A DNA stretch of 64,000 nucleotides from Gnetum montanum. Taxonomy: Eukaryota; Plantae; Gnetophyta. The stretch lies in NCBI GenBank assembly GCA_015680685.1, contig MNCI01000690.1, positions 274,487 to 338,486 on the forward strand. Reading direction: 5' to 3'. A program made the position numbers and the translations under genes. Under the pieces are notes generated by a model. The model searched no databases. It saw only the letters and a list, made by a program, of their open reading frames with translations, and had not been told where the DNA came from. Each line of letters begins with the position of its first letter. The stretch's first letter is position 1. Below, piece by piece: positions 63,331 through 64,000 of this stretch.

Positions 63331-63494
63331 TTTTCCATCAATCACACATAGTTCCACTAGTAAGTGAATGAGAATAATTTTAACTCCCCCCACCCTGCCT
63401 CCCCTTCCCCGCCCACCCCNNNNNNNNNNNNNNCCCACTTCTTTGCACCACATGGATAGGGATACTACAATTCCAAGATGGAGTATTGACCATC

Positions 63495-63760
63495 AACTTA
63501 GCCTTTGGAGCATTTGCAGCATTATGGTCCCTCATCATTTTGTTGTTTGTTTTAGGCTCTTGCAATTGCTTAGGTTGTCAAGCACTTGTAGCATCATGCC
63601 TCCCCACCATTTTGCTAGCTTTATGGGCTTCTATCATCAGTGTGAACTCTCAAGCACCTACAACATCATCACCGCCCACCATTTTTCTAATTTTTTGAGA
63701 ACTTGCCATCAATGCAACCTTTGGAGCACTTACAACATCATCACCCCTGACATTTTACTT
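63495..63760 (+). repeat. 72-bp degenerate tandem repeat (~4 units) in the C 3' region
   Basis: ORF 63368..63778 shows a 24-aa period: LWSICSIMVPHHF / LSSTCSIMPPHHF / LSSTYNIITAHHF / LWSTYNIITPDI. Confidence 0.75.
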
Positions 63761-64000
63761 GCATTTCATGTTTTGTGATTTTCTTGTCTTCTCAAAGTTG
63801 TCTTTACAAGACAAATCCCTAAGGCAATCAAGCAAATGCACATCTCATCATAGCAGCAAGTCACAACATTACTCTGACATGCATGATTGGACTAGTTAGG
63901 CCTCTCAAGAATGCATATCCCTACTATCCTTGTTATAGCCTACTCATACCCATCCCTATGCTTCCATACCCTTTACATTCCCCCACAAAATCAAAACTAC

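Larger units (their letters stand above)
49045..64000 (+). mobile_element. Element C: Tat/Ogre-like element with RT-RH-aRH deletion; continues beyond the window
   Basis: LTR, degenerate Asn PBS, gag-PR, antisense gene, pol leader fused to integrase, repeat array, 3' UTR. Confidence 0.9.

Overview
Eukaryotic (vascular plant, large methylated genome; gymnosperm/fern-like but not assignable) heterochromatic window. Apart from ~1 kb of a 5'-truncated NLR-type LRR gene at the left edge, it is a nest of decayed Ty3/gypsy LTR retrotransposons: (A) a Tat/Ogre-like element on - (1392-14052) that shares its LTR with the 3' tail of an upstream copy (A'); (E) an Athila-like fragment on + (~15890-22800); (D) an old CRM-like chromovirus on - (~25204-49044) into which two more Tat-like elements inserted, (B) full length, 27038-44710 on -, with a 4/5 TSD, and (C) 49045 to beyond the window end on +, lacking RT/RNase H. 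The main result is an architecture shared by the three divergent Tat-like elements. gag-protease stops, then ~6 kb separates it from a pol ORF that starts with a conserved 3' splice site and its own ATG. That interval holds a multi-exon ANTISENSE gene (8 exons traced in A and B) encoding an FCP1/NIF-like HAD fold without its catalytic aspartates, a 'plant transposon protein'-like domain, an acidic tract and a coiled coil. Each element also carries (i) its own CpG-centred short motif massed in the LTR and in the first intron of the antisense gene and (ii) strand-oriented arrays of a 4-bp-stem/6-nt-loop hairpin with compensatory changes plus a TAAACTRG tail, placed after the gag-PR and integrase stop codons. 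All coding regions are pseudogenised here. Domain calls are by-eye motif recognition, not database searches, and most internal coordinates are approximate.
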